In this document: in pieces, positions 1 through 9,579 of the stretch
How positions within the stretch are numbered: the stretch's first letter is position 1
How the letters are laid out: each line of letters starts with the position of its first letter
Translations under genes and position numbers: made by a program
The notes under the pieces: generated by a model
What the model saw: the letters and a program-made list of their open reading frames with translations, nothing else
Told to the model about the DNA's origin: nothing
The model's database searches: none
NCBI GenBank assembly: GCA_963804745.1
Contig: CAWDRY010000006.1
Location: 8,668-40,667, forward strand
Origin: an uncultured Gemmataceae bacterium
Lineage (GTDB): Bacteria; Planctomycetota; Planctomycetia; Gemmatales; Gemmataceae
DNA length: 32,000 bases
Reading direction: 5' to 3'

Positions 1-69
1 CGGAGCATGGTTGCCAGTCGCTCCCGCAAACGTGCTGCCACCCGGCCGGCTTTTCTTTCCCGTCGGCCG

Positions 70-1452
70 TCACTTCCATTCCAGCCACTCGCTCAGCTTG
101 TCGCGGTCCAGGCGGATCAACTGGCCGCCCGGCGAAACGATCCATACTGCCCTGGGTGTTTGCACAATCGCATTGCGGCCGGAGTGCAGGGGGCTGACAA
201 CCCATTGACCTGGCTTCTTCGTCGGTACTAAGGTCTGGGAGAGCAAGAACAGCTTCTGGCCCGCGAGTGCCAAGGACCGCGGCACGTCGGTCGAAAATGG
301 CGGGGACGGGAGGGGCGTGCGCGCGTACGCCTTCCACTTCCCGCCGGCAAGGCGAGCCAGCACAACGGTCTTCGTCACCGGGCCGTATTGACCGGGTTTG
401 CCGTGTGGGATTTCGTTCTTGCCGTGTGGGATACCGTCGCCCTTACCGTGTTCGATACGGGTGTAGTCGCCTTCAACGCCGTCGCCCTCGCGGAAGGCGA
501 CCCACAACGAGTCGCCCACTGTTTGCATCAGCGTGACCCAGCGGACCGGGCGGTCATCGATTCGGTCGATCCGCTGCCAACGTGCGACTTTGGGATCGAA
601 CACGCAAAGTCCGCCTGGCCCCCATTCTTTTTTGTCCGGGTCGTAAATATCGACGCACGCGGCCCAGAGCTTCCCCTCGGCCACTACCAGGTGGGTGATA
701 ATGTTGCTCGCCAGGCACTCTTTCATGGTGTGATGAACGGCTGCGCCGCCGCCCTTGGGCTTGGTTTCCAGGTAGGCAAGGTCGTTTAGTTCTCGAAGGA
801 TCGTTGTCCAGTTCTCATTGCGCTCTGTCTTGTTCCTGCTGCGACGTTTCTCCGAATTGAGAAACCCGGCCGGCTGCATTGCCTGCCAGGTCTGGCCGTT
901 GAACTCGATCGTGACAGCGGGTAGATACTCCCAGTCCGGTTTGGTCTTGAGGTCAGGTTTGCCAGGGGCATCGAGTACACCAGGACCGACCAGGCGAGGA
1001 ATGTATTGTTGCCTGGGTGGGGGGAACTCACCGGGCCGCACTTCTGGCCAGCCGTTGGCGATGGTCCGGCGCCCGGCCACGCGGCCTGTTTTGCGGTCGA
1101 ACAGGACCCCACTTTGCCCGTAGTCAACGGCGATCCGCTCCGGGCCGACGAACACGCCTTTGGACTCGGCCTCGTAGGTGAAAACCTGCACTGCGTCTCG
1201 GGGAATGGCGATGCCCTTGGGGGCGATGGTCTTTTCGCCGCCGGGTGTCGGGGTTGCCAGAGGTGGGTGAATCGGAGTCGGAGTGGGGATGTCCTTGGGA
1301 ATGATGGTATTGTCGTCCTTGAATGTACCCGATCCCACTGTCAAAATCTCACGGAACTCCAGCCGGCTCGGCCCAGCCGGTTCATCCGCTGCATGCACGC
1401 TCGCCGATGCAAGCGCTGCGACCACCAGTACACTGGTTAACTTCGTTTTCAT
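70..1452 (-). CDS. hypothetical secreted protein (460 aa)
   Basis: Long intact ORF with N-terminal signal-peptide-like MKTKLTSVLVVAALASASVHAADEP; no family recognised. Confidence 0.75.
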   Translation of the reverse strand: MKTKLTSVLVVAALASASVHAADEPAGPSRLEFREILTVGSGTFKDDNTIIPKDIPTPTPIHPPLATPTPGGEKTIAPKGIAIPRDAVQVFTYEAESKGVFVGPERIAVDYGQSGVLFDRKTGRVAGRRTIANGWPEVRPGEFPPPRQQYIPRLVGPGVLDAPGKPDLKTKPDWEYLPAVTIEFNGQTWQAMQPAGFLNSEKRRSRNKTERNENWTTILRELNDLAYLETKPKGGGAAVHHTMKECLASNIITHLVVAEGKLWAACVDIYDPDKKEWGPGGLCVFDPKVARWQRIDRIDDRPVRWVTLMQTVGDSLWVAFREGDGVEGDYTRIEHGKGDGIPHGKNEIPHGKPGQYGPVTKTVVLARLAGGKWKAYARTPLPSPPFSTDVPRSLALAGQKLFLLSQTLVPTKKPGQWVVSPLHSGRNAIVQTPRAVWIVSPGGQLIRLDRDKLSEWLEWK

Positions 1453-1788
1453 GACGGACTCCTTTGCGGGTTGTGCGAACCTGGGCTGATTGTAACCCGA
1501 ATTAGCAGGGATGATTGTAACGTGTTTGTAACAACCTCAGTGAGCAAGAGGTGTTTTGCTATCAGATCGGTGTGAATGTTTCTGTCCCCGGCCCCTTTTC
1601 GCTTCTCCAGAACCATTGCCGTTTTTGCCGGTAAAAAAGGGGTCGGCGACACCGGCATTTTGACGCATGTTCAAGTTATCACACATCTTATGACGCGGCA
1701 CCGGGTGCCGGTTTGCAAAAGTACCGGCAAAGGAGAGGTAATATCTTAATTTGGGCATCGCATAACTGCCATTGTGTCAAGTAGTTGT

Positions 1789-1868
1789 GGCAACGGTTGT
1801 GACTAATGCCCAATTCCTTGAGCTGCTTTAGTTCCTTGATTTCCTTCAAGCCCGCGTCGGTTACCAGT
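1789..1868 (-). pseudogene. Leucine-rich-repeat gene remnant
   Basis: Minus-strand translation VTDAGLKEIKELKQLKELGISHN matches the VTDAGLKELAGLKSLQ repeat of the 2605-4002 gene, but lies outside any extended ORF. Confidence 0.5.
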
Positions 1869-1914
1869 GTTCATGTCCTTGACGCTGTCCTTTTCGGTAC
1901 ACTACCATGACAAT

Positions 1915-2112
1915 ATGAAAGTACGCGAAGTCATCAAGCTCATCGAAGCCGAGGGCTGGTTCTGGGTCCGGACCAAAGGCGATCACCGGCAGTTCCATCA
2001 CGCCACCAGGCCAGGAACCGTTACAGTGGCAGGCAAACTCTCGGAGGCGGTTCCACCGGGCACCCTCAACAGCATTCTCAGGCAAGCCGGTCTCAAAGGA
2101 GGTTCACAATGA
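1915..2112 (+). CDS. hicA: HicA-like mRNA interferase toxin
   Basis: MKVREVIKLIEAEGWFWVRTKGDHRQFHHATRPGTVTVAGKLSEAVPPGTLNSILRQAGL: HicA core (KxxGDHRQFxH, GT...TLxSILRQAGL). Confidence 0.85.
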   Translation: MKVREVIKLIEAEGWFWVRTKGDHRQFHHATRPGTVTVAGKLSEAVPPGTLNSILRQAGLKGGSQ

Positions 2113-2324
2113 AGTATCTGGTCGTCATCGAAAAAGGTCCTACCAGCTTCGGAGCATATGTTCCCGATCTGCCCGGTTGCGTGGCGGTGGCGAAGACCCG
2201 ACGCGAGGTTAAGCGCCTGATCCGCGAGGCGATCCAACTGCACGTCGAAGACATGCGCAACCGTGGCGACCCCATCCCCAAACCGACTGCCGGCAGCGAA
2301 TTCGTGGAACTGCAATCAGCATGA
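2109..2324 (+). CDS. hicB: HicB-like antitoxin
   Basis: MKYLVVIEKGPTSFGAYVPDLPGCVAVAKTRREVKRLIREAIQLHVEDMRNRGDPIPKP; ATGA overlap with hicA. Confidence 0.85.
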   Translation: MKYLVVIEKGPTSFGAYVPDLPGCVAVAKTRREVKRLIREAIQLHVEDMRNRGDPIPKPTAGSEFVELQSA

Positions 2325-2604
2325 TCCTTGACAGGCTCCGCTCTTGCCTTGCCTGGCTCAGCTTCCAGAATGGATTGGCCCGGCAGAAAGAAATGCACCG
2401 GGTGCCCACCTCTTCGTGGGCATACTGTTCAACCATGCGCATGCGGACACGGGAATGGCACCCGGCGGTTGATTGCTCGCCCGCTGGCGCAAGGTCTGCC
2501 GGCGATGCCACGCGTGCCGTATCGCCGGACCGGGAATCGGAGGTCTCTCGGACCCGCGCTGACTTTGCCTGTTCCAGATGGCAGATACCGCCACCTACTG
2601 ATCC

Positions 2605-4002
2605 TCATTCATTACCCTGATCCTCATTATCGATCATGAGCGTCGGCAATGCCTTCTGGAGTCTCGCGACTCCTGCGCGTGTTACCTTCGTATTGCCCGT
2701 ACATAGGTGCCGCAGGTTCTTCAGCCCGGCCAGTTCCTTCAGACCCGCGTCCGTCACCTTGGTATAGCTAAGGTTCAGCGTTTGCAAGCTTTTCAGCCCG
2801 GCCAGTTCCTTCAGACCCGCGTCCGTCACCTTGGTAAAGCTAAGGTTCAGCGTTTGCAGGCTTTTCAGCCCGGCCAGTTCCTTCAGACTCGCGTCCGTCA
2901 CCTGGGTGTGGTCAAGGTACAGCGTTTGCAGGCTTTTCAGCCCGGCCAGTTCTTTCAGGCCCGCGTCCGTTACCACCCGGCTGTCGCCAAGGTACAGCGT
3001 TTGCAAGCTCTTCAGCCCGGCCAGTTCCTTCAAGCCCACGCCCGTGACCTTGGTGCCGTAAAGGCCCAGCGTTTGCAAGCTCTTCAGCCCGGCCAGCTCC
3101 TTCAGCCCCGCGTCCGTTATCTGGGTGTCGACAAGCTTCAGCTCCTGCAAGCTCTTCATCCCGGCCAACTCCTTCAGCCCCGCGTCCGTCACCTGGGTGT
3201 GGTCAAGGTACAGCGTTTGCAAGCTCTTCAGCCCGGCCAGTTCCTTCAGCCCCGCGTCCGTCGTCTGGGTGCTCGAAAGGTACAGCCCAGTTGGTGACTC
3301 AATGGCAGCCAGTAAATGCTTCAGATTGAGGTCGGTCACGGCGAAAGGAAGGGAGAGGCTTTTCAGCTTGAGACCGGCCAGTTCCTTCAGCCCCGCGCCC
3401 GTTACCTGGGTTTGTTCAAGGCCCAACGCTCGCAGGCTCTTCAGTCCGGCCAACTCCTTCAGGCCAGCGTCAGTTACCTTCGTGCCACGGAGGTTCAGCG
3501 CTTGCAGGTTCTTCAGTCCGGCCAACTCCTTCAGGCCAACGTCGGTTACCTTCGTGCAACTGAGGCTCAGCGATTGAAGGTTCTTGAACCCAGCCAACTC
3601 CTTCAGACCCGCGTCCGTTAGCGCCGGGTTACCGAACACCAGACCAAATGGTGTTTGCGGCTGCGGCAGCTTGGCCACGCCTTCGGGCGTCCAGTTCCGC
3701 GCATAGCGGAAACCAAAGGCAGGCATAAAGCCTTTCTTGTCCCCCCCCAGTTGACCCAACTCCGCATCCGCTGTCTCGAATTGGCCGTAGAGTTGATCCG
3801 CTGCCATCCAGCCGACCGAGGCGCCCGCTTTTTTCCAGGCGGCAACCACGTCTGCCGGCAATTCCCGCACCTGGTTCGCTTTGTTAGTAGCTTGACCGCC
3901 AGGCTCGGTATTTTTGGGATTGTCTTGCTTCGCGGCAGGGCCTTCCGTGCGACCGATGCCAGGGATGACTGCCAGTACCAGAACAATAACAACGTTGCGC
4001 AT
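2605..4002 (-). CDS. Leucine-rich repeat secreted protein
   Basis: 465 aa, signal peptide, many ~24-aa repeats TDAGLKELAGLKSLQTLYLDHTQV. Confidence 0.9.
   Translation of the reverse strand: MRNVVIVLVLAVIPGIGRTEGPAAKQDNPKNTEPGGQATNKANQVRELPADVVAAWKKAGASVGWMAADQLYGQFETADAELGQLGGDKKGFMPAFGFRYARNWTPEGVAKLPQPQTPFGLVFGNPALTDAGLKELAGFKNLQSLSLSCTKVTDVGLKELAGLKNLQALNLRGTKVTDAGLKELAGLKSLRALGLEQTQVTGAGLKELAGLKLKSLSLPFAVTDLNLKHLLAAIESPTGLYLSSTQTTDAGLKELAGLKSLQTLYLDHTQVTDAGLKELAGMKSLQELKLVDTQITDAGLKELAGLKSLQTLGLYGTKVTGVGLKELAGLKSLQTLYLGDSRVVTDAGLKELAGLKSLQTLYLDHTQVTDASLKELAGLKSLQTLNLSFTKVTDAGLKELAGLKSLQTLNLSYTKVTDAGLKELAGLKNLRHLCTGNTKVTRAGVARLQKALPTLMIDNEDQGNE
2700..3640 (-). repeat. Tandem ~72-bp LRR-encoding DNA repeats
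   Basis: Recurring 'ttcagcccggccagttccttcagacccgcgtccgtcacc' at ~72-bp spacing. Confidence 0.85.
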
Positions 4003-4114
4003 AAGGTTTCTCCTGTAAAAGAGTGAAAACCGGATCCAAAATCGTCGGGTGGGTCGAACAACGCGAGGCCCACTCAGGGCTTCAGCCGCTGTCTGGCCGC
4101 CCGCGTTTCCTCTG

Positions 4115-5611
4115 TCAGTGACGCCCCTTCCGTTCCCGGATCGGCTCGATCAGGTCGCGGACGGCCACTGCCTCGTCAAGCTTGATCTCCTTGCATAATT
4201 GGTCCTGAAGGTTCTTCAACTCCGCGACCGCCTTGTCCCGTAGAGGATCGGTGTGCGATTTGGCCTTTTTGCCGATCTCAGCCAATTCCTGTTCGTGTTG
4301 CTCGTAGATTTTCCTGGCCGGCGGCGGCATGTCCTTGGTTGGAACTTCGCGCGCGCCGGCCTCGAGGCTGCGGATCAAGTCACGCACAGCCACCGCCTCA
4401 TCGAGCTTGGCCTCTCTACAGAAGGAATCCTGCACTTTCTTCAACTCGGTGGCCGTCTTTTCGTACCGCTTTCTGACCTCCGCTGCGGCCCGTTTCTCGA
4501 TTTCGGCGAACGTCTCCTCGAACTGCCGGACTGCCGCCGTCGCGGCCGGCGGCAACTGAACGGGCGGTGACGCATCAGCGGCCTGGCGGCCAGGCTTGTC
4601 CAAAGGCGTCTGCTGCGTGATTTGCGTAAACCGGTACACCCGCTCGACCTTGAAGCTCACGGCAGCCAAAGGGCCCTTCTTGAACTCGGAACTGGTTATA
4701 CCATTCCTGGTCGTGGCTCGGTACTTGTCAAATTCGGGCAAGATGGTCACCATCACGATCCCGCTCTCTCCGGCCTTGAGCGCGCCGCTGTGGACTGCCG
4801 CCATGCCCAGATGCGATCCGCTGGCGTAGACGATGGTGCCGTAGAGGTTAAAACCTTTCTCCACGCCGGTGACCTCATAGTAGAACCTCCTGCCGATGTC
4901 CGTGTCCCGATGGTCCAGGTAACCCCCGGCCGGCACAGCATTGGCCACCCTGTCCTTGATCGCACGGCTCAGGTCGCGCACCGCTACCGCCTCGTCGAGC
5001 TTATCCTCTTTCCAGGACAGGTCCTCCAGCTCCTTTAGCTTCGTGTGTAACTTGTCCTGTTCCTTCTTGAGTTCCGCCTCGCCAGTCTTGTAGAGTGCTG
5101 CCTGCTCAGACATCAGGACCACGTAGCCGGCAGCCTTTTTGCCCTGGGATCGGATTTTCCCGGTCTCAAGCGCGATGATGGAATTCTGGACCGCCACGGC
5201 ATCGTCGAGCTTGGCTTCCTTGCAGAGCCGGTCCAGCTCCATTTTCAACTCCCCAAGTTTCTTTTCTCGCCACTTCTTGACTTCCAACTCGGTCTTCTTT
5301 TCGATCTCGCCAGCCGAGTCCTCGTATTGTTTGAGCACCTCTTTCGCGGCCGGCGGCGGCGGAATGGAGCAGCATGCCGCAGGTTGCGGTGGTGGATATG
5401 GTGGGGGGAACCCAGGTGGAAGAAGATACGGGTATCCCGGATACGGGTTTGGCGGCGGGTATGGCGGCGGGTATGGCGGCGGCGGTGGCGAGGTGGGTTG
5501 GTACCCCGGCGGATAGACAAGATTTTGAGCCTGGACGATGGCAGTCAAGCCGCCTCCCACCAGCAGAACGGCCACCGCTCGCACGACAAACCGCTGAAAC
5601 GACGTAAACAT
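4115..5611 (-). CDS. Secreted Pro-rich/coiled-coil protein with UVR-like repeats
   Basis: Signal peptide, PPYPPPYPP region, four copies of a LDEAVAVRDLI-type motif. Confidence 0.75.
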   Translation of the reverse strand: MFTSFQRFVVRAVAVLLVGGGLTAIVQAQNLVYPPGYQPTSPPPPPYPPPYPPPNPYPGYPYLLPPGFPPPYPPPQPAACCSIPPPPAAKEVLKQYEDSAGEIEKKTELEVKKWREKKLGELKMELDRLCKEAKLDDAVAVQNSIIALETGKIRSQGKKAAGYVVLMSEQAALYKTGEAELKKEQDKLHTKLKELEDLSWKEDKLDEAVAVRDLSRAIKDRVANAVPAGGYLDHRDTDIGRRFYYEVTGVEKGFNLYGTIVYASGSHLGMAAVHSGALKAGESGIVMVTILPEFDKYRATTRNGITSSEFKKGPLAAVSFKVERVYRFTQITQQTPLDKPGRQAADASPPVQLPPAATAAVRQFEETFAEIEKRAAAEVRKRYEKTATELKKVQDSFCREAKLDEAVAVRDLIRSLEAGAREVPTKDMPPPARKIYEQHEQELAEIGKKAKSHTDPLRDKAVAELKNLQDQLCKEIKLDEAVAVRDLIEPIRERKGRH

Positions 5612-5701
5612 AAAGCATCCTCCTGATTTGCCTCCAGCCACGCTGGAAGATGGTTCAATTGGCCGAAAACAACCTGCCTTGGATTAAGGGTTTACTGGAC
5701 C

Positions 5702-6547
5702 TCAATACGAGCACGTGACCTGAACGCGGACCGTGATGGGTGACGGGTTCGATTCCGAAGAAACACCATATGTATATGGACTGATCAATCCATAACTCGG
5801 TTGGTCCGTCAAGAAAGTAAAATCGTTTCCTGTCAGAACGTGGATCTCAACAACACTTATCTTGGCGTCTCCGACCGCGGCCTGCGCATTGGCCAGGGCT
5901 TCATCCACGGCTTTCTTGATGGCTTCCCAACGCGCCTCGCCGGCATTCTCGCTCGACCATTCGATCTTGGGTGCATTATGCGTGGTCCCAATGCCAGGAT
6001 AACTAAGGATGACACCGCCAGAAACCTGCGGGGCAGTTCCACCGTTCTCGGATGCGACATCGGCCAGCTTGGTAACGATGTCGCGCAGACTGTCTTCGTT
6101 CTTTTCCCGAATCGTCACGTGGAAAGTGGTGTGTGTCTGCTTGTTCTCAGCCGCAGGAGTGGGGTGTTTGGATCACCCAGTCTGGGAATGGATACCCATG
6201 GGATACTGCCCACCACCAAATGGTGGAGCGGTCACTGGGATGATGATCCCTATTGCGGCAGGAACAATCTGTATATCCACATTCTTGAAGTTCAAGGCTG
6301 TAAGGGCGTCTTTGATTTTTTTCACTTGCTTGGTGTTCTCATCCCGGACTTTCTTGGCATCAGCATCCACGGTGGTAACGACGAAAGTGATACGAGCCTT
6401 GTCCGGTTTCACGGACACCGTTGCGGAACCGGAGACAACGAGTTTGCGCTTGGCAGTTGCCGGTGTGTCCTGGCCGTGCGCGGGTGCAATCCACGCGCTT
6501 GACCACGCCAACAGAGCAAGGGCGGCAATTTTGCAAGAAGCAGACAT
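5702..6547 (-). CDS. SIMPL (DUF541)-domain protein interrupted by one in-frame TGA
   Basis: ORFs 6173-6547 and 5702-6118 are in the same frame, separated by TGA at 6173-6175; together they are collinear with the intact paralog at 8107-8973. Confidence 0.75.
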
Positions 6548-6684
6548 GAATCGACCTCCAAGAATGTTGTTGAATGGAAAACGACCGCATGCGAACCTAT
6601 CCGTCAGGTTACATGGTGAAGTATATGGGCGAGTGGTCCAGTGATTGATGACGGGGCTTGCGACTTTGGATCTGTTGAGTTTCT

Positions 6685-7628
6685 CTAGAAGGCACGGCCG
6701 GGGAATGAGCCATAGCCCGGTATGCCGCCGACAGGGACACCTGCGGGGAGACCGCCATAGCCTGCGGGGAGACCGCCAAAGGCTGCGGGGAAAGGGCTAA
6801 GGTACGGATTTGTCGCAAGCGGGTTTGCCACATAGGGGTTCGTCGCAAGCGGGTTTGCCACATACGGGTTTGCCATACGGGTTTGCCATTGCCACATAGG
6901 GGTTTGTCGCAAGCGGGTTTGCCACATACGGGTTTGCCACATAGGGATTTGTCGCGAGCGGGTTTGCCACATAGGGGTTTGCCACATACGGGTTTGTCGC
7001 GAGCGGGTTTGCCACATACGGGTTTGTCGCACGGGTTTGCCACATACGGGTTTGTCACATAGGGGTTTGCCACATACGGGTTTGTCGCATAGGGGTTTGC
7101 CACATACGGGTTTGTCGCGAGCGGGTTCGCCACATACGGGTTTGTCTGATACGGGACTGCCGGATACGGGTTTGTCGGATTATACGGGGTCGGATACGGG
7201 TTTGTCGGATTATACGGGGTCGGATACGGGTTTGTCGGATTATACGGGGTCGGATACGGGTTTGTCACATACGGGTTTGGCTGATACGGGTTTGTCACAT
7301 ACGGGTTTGTCACATACGGGTTTGGCTGATACGGGTTTGTCACATAAGGGTTTGTCCCGAACGGGTTTGGCTGATACGGGTTTGTCGCGAACGGGTTCGT
7401 CGCGAACGGGTTCGTCGCAAACTGGTTCATCGCGAACGGGTTTGTCGCAAACGGGTTTGTCACAAACGGAGAGGTGCCGGCGCCCTGCGATCCGTAGGTG
7501 GTGATGTTGATATTGGTCTTGGTGATGTTGATTAGAGCGGCATGAGAGAACGTGGCGCTTAGCAACAGCCCCGCCATGGCTGTACCGATGACGGCCGTTG
7601 GTCGCAGAAATTGCTGGAGAAACCTCAT
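6685..7628 (-). CDS. Secreted low-complexity NPYVTNPYAANP repeat protein, frame-shifted within repeats
   Basis: Signal-like N terminus MRFLQQFLRPTAVIGTAMAGLLLS; Asn-Pro-Tyr repeats continue through three successive frames and end in ...NPYLSPFPAAFGGLPAGYGGLPAGVPVGGIPGYGSFPGRAF. Confidence 0.6.
6780..7470 (-). repeat. Minisatellite with 15-bp units (tacgggtttgtcgca/tacgggtttgccaca) and 30-bp higher-order units
   Basis: Directly visible; three identical 30-bp units 'tttgtcggattatacggggtcggatacggg' at 7171-7260. Confidence 0.9.
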
Positions 7629-7932
7629 GATAGCACTCTGGGAGAGCAACGCGAAGGAACGGGACAGCACGTGCGTTGCCTGCGAACCATCCCGATGGTC
7701 ATGGGCCCCGCGGTTTAGGCTTGAACCAAGTCGCCTGGCCTTGTCGGCTCCAGGATACTCACAAGAGAGACGTTTCCCAGGCGATAACTTGCGCGCCTTT
7801 TTCTTTTTTTTGGCAGTGCCTCAAGTTTAAGAATCAGTGGAGTTTGCGTCTCATGGTGAACCTGGCAAGGGTAGGAAAGGACCGAATCCCGCATCCTTCG
7901 GAGAAAAAGGCGAGCGGCAAGACTTAATTTAC

Positions 7933-7985
7933 CTTCGCTTGCGCGTCAGGCTTGTGTGGGATACAAGCCTGACGCGCAAGCGAAG
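7933..7985. repeat. Perfect 23-bp inverted repeat, 7-nt loop
   Basis: cttcgcttgcgcgtcaggcttgt - gtgggat - acaagcctgacgcgcaagcgaag. Confidence 0.9.
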
Positions 7986-8106
7986 AGTAGGCTTGCACTT
8001 GCCACTCGCCTAAGCACAGACAAGGCGGACTTCAGCGGCATGAGCAGCAGCCGTGATCTCCTTCATTCAGCATGAATCCGCGGGCCGGGTCGTAAGGTCC
8101 GTTACT

Positions 8107-8973
8107 TCAATACGAGCACGTCACCTGAACGTGGACCGTGACGGGTGACGGGTTCGAATCCGAAGAAACACCATATGTAGTATATGTATATGGTGTATAT
8201 GGACTGAACAATCCATGACTCGATTTGTCCGTAATGAAAGTACCATCTCCTGTCACAACCTGGATCTCAACCTCAACAACAGTTATCTTGGCGTCTCCGG
8301 CCGTGGCCTGCGCATTGGCCAGGGCTTCATCCATGGCTTTCTTGATAGCTTCCCGACGCGCCTCGCCGGTATTCTCGCTCGACCATTCGATCTTGGGTCC
8401 ATTATGTGTGGACCCACTGCCATAATAAGCAGGGGGGAGGCCACCGCCAGAAACATCCTGCAGGGCAGTCCCACCGGTCTCGGATGCGACATCGGCCAGC
8501 TTGGTAACGATGTCGCGCAGACTGTCTTCGTTCTTTTCCCGGACCGTTAAATAGAAAGTGCTGTGTGTCTCCTTGTTCTCAGCCGGAGGAAGGGGGTTGA
8601 ATGGGCCACCAATGCCACCAGGACCAAATCCTTGGCCTGGACCAGCCCCGCCCTGAGCGGGCACCAGGACGGTACTTATTGCGGAAGGAACAACCTGTAT
8701 ATCCACATTCTTGAAGTTCAAAGCCGTAAGGGCGTCTTTGATTTTTTTTACTTGCTTGTTGTTCTCATCCCGGACTTTCTTGGCATCGGCATCCGTGGTG
8801 GTAACGACGAAAGTGATACGAGCCTTGTCCGCTTTCGCGGACACCGTTGCGGTACCAGAGACAACGAGTTTGCGCTTGGCAGTTGCCGGTGCGTCCTGGC
8901 CGTTCGCGGGCGCCAACCACGCGATTGACGAGGCCAACAGAGCAAGAGCAGCGATTTTGCAAGAAGCAGACAT
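8107..8973 (-). CDS. SIMPL (DUF541)-domain secreted protein
   Basis: MSASCKIAALALLASSIAWLAPANGQ... KLVVSGTATVSAKADKARITFVVTTTDADAKKVRDENNKQVKKIKDALTAL. Confidence 0.85.
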   Translation of the reverse strand: MSASCKIAALALLASSIAWLAPANGQDAPATAKRKLVVSGTATVSAKADKARITFVVTTTDADAKKVRDENNKQVKKIKDALTALNFKNVDIQVVPSAISTVLVPAQGGAGPGQGFGPGGIGGPFNPLPPAENKETHSTFYLTVREKNEDSLRDIVTKLADVASETGGTALQDVSGGGLPPAYYGSGSTHNGPKIEWSSENTGEARREAIKKAMDEALANAQATAGDAKITVVEVEIQVVTGDGTFITDKSSHGLFSPYTPYTYTTYGVSSDSNPSPVTVHVQVTCSY

Positions 8974-9161
8974 GAATCGACCTCCAAAAATGTTGTTCAA
9001 TACGACTCTATGCGGACCTATCGGTGATATTATACGGTGACGTACAAAGTTGCCAGCCTGGGGCGTGAAACATGCTTTCTTTTAAGTCTTGACCGGAAAC
9101 AGTCGAAGAGATATATTACTGCGTAGTTATATTACTGGAGACGAATAGAAGGGAGAACCTC

Positions 9162-9569
9162 ATGGCCATCAGCCGCATTGACCTCATGTTCCGGGCCTTC
9201 TCCGATCACACGCGCCTGCGCATCCTTTCACTGTTGCAGGGCGCGGAGTGTTGCGTGGGCGACCTCGTGGACATCCTCCAAACCGAACAGCCCAGCATAT
9301 CTCGGCACCTGGCTTACTTGCGGCGGGCCGGCCTGGTGGCTGTCCGCAAGTCCAAACAGTGGAGCTATTACTCGCTGGCACCGGCCCGAGGAGAGTTTCA
9401 TCAGAGACTGTTGGAGTGTCTGGCCTGCTGCTTCCAAGAGGTACCCCAGATCCAGGCCGACCGGGCCATAGCGGGCAAGGTCAAGGAAGCCGGGGGCTGC
9501 TGCCCAGGGACAGCCCGTTCCAAGGCAACACCAAAGCTAAAGTCCAGGCGTTCCTGCGTTAATTTTTGA
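9162..9569 (+). CDS. arsR: ArsR-family transcriptional regulator
   Basis: MFRAFSDHTRLRILSLLQGAECCVGDLVDILQTEQPSISRHLAYLRRAGLVAVRKSKQWSYYSL: ArsR winged HTH. Confidence 0.9.
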   Translation: MAISRIDLMFRAFSDHTRLRILSLLQGAECCVGDLVDILQTEQPSISRHLAYLRRAGLVAVRKSKQWSYYSLAPARGEFHQRLLECLACCFQEVPQIQADRAIAGKVKEAGGCCPGTARSKATPKLKSRRSCVNF

Positions 9570-9579
9570 GGGGAAGGCC

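Noticed and set aside
1537-1758. 73-aa ORF after the 460-aa secreted protein gene.
   Set aside because: No recognisable family, signal peptide or coupling; likely chance ORF in intergenic DNA.
2707-3297. 196-aa plus-strand ORF with QPGQFLQTRVRHLG repeats, plus 3125-3577.
   Set aside because: Antisense of the LRR tandem repeats; periodicity inherited from the real minus-strand gene.
2700-3640. Regularly spaced repeats as a possible CRISPR array.
   Set aside because: Repeats are contiguous coding LRR units without unique spacers.
6173-6175. In-frame TGA as a possible selenocysteine codon.
   Set aside because: No Cys occurs at this linker position in the intact paralog, the context (SQTG-TGA-SKHP) is not redox-like, and no SECIS-like hairpin was identified.
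6780-7470. 15/30-bp repeats as a CRISPR or origin iteron array.
   Set aside because: No spacer structure and no cas or replication genes nearby; the repeats translate as a coherent low-complexity protein.
7037-7504. 155-aa plus-strand ORF rich in THTGLSHRGL / DTGLS repeats.
   Set aside because: It is the antisense translation of the 15-bp minisatellite. The minus frames give signal peptide plus NPY repeats and a sensible C-terminus, so this ORF is a by-product.
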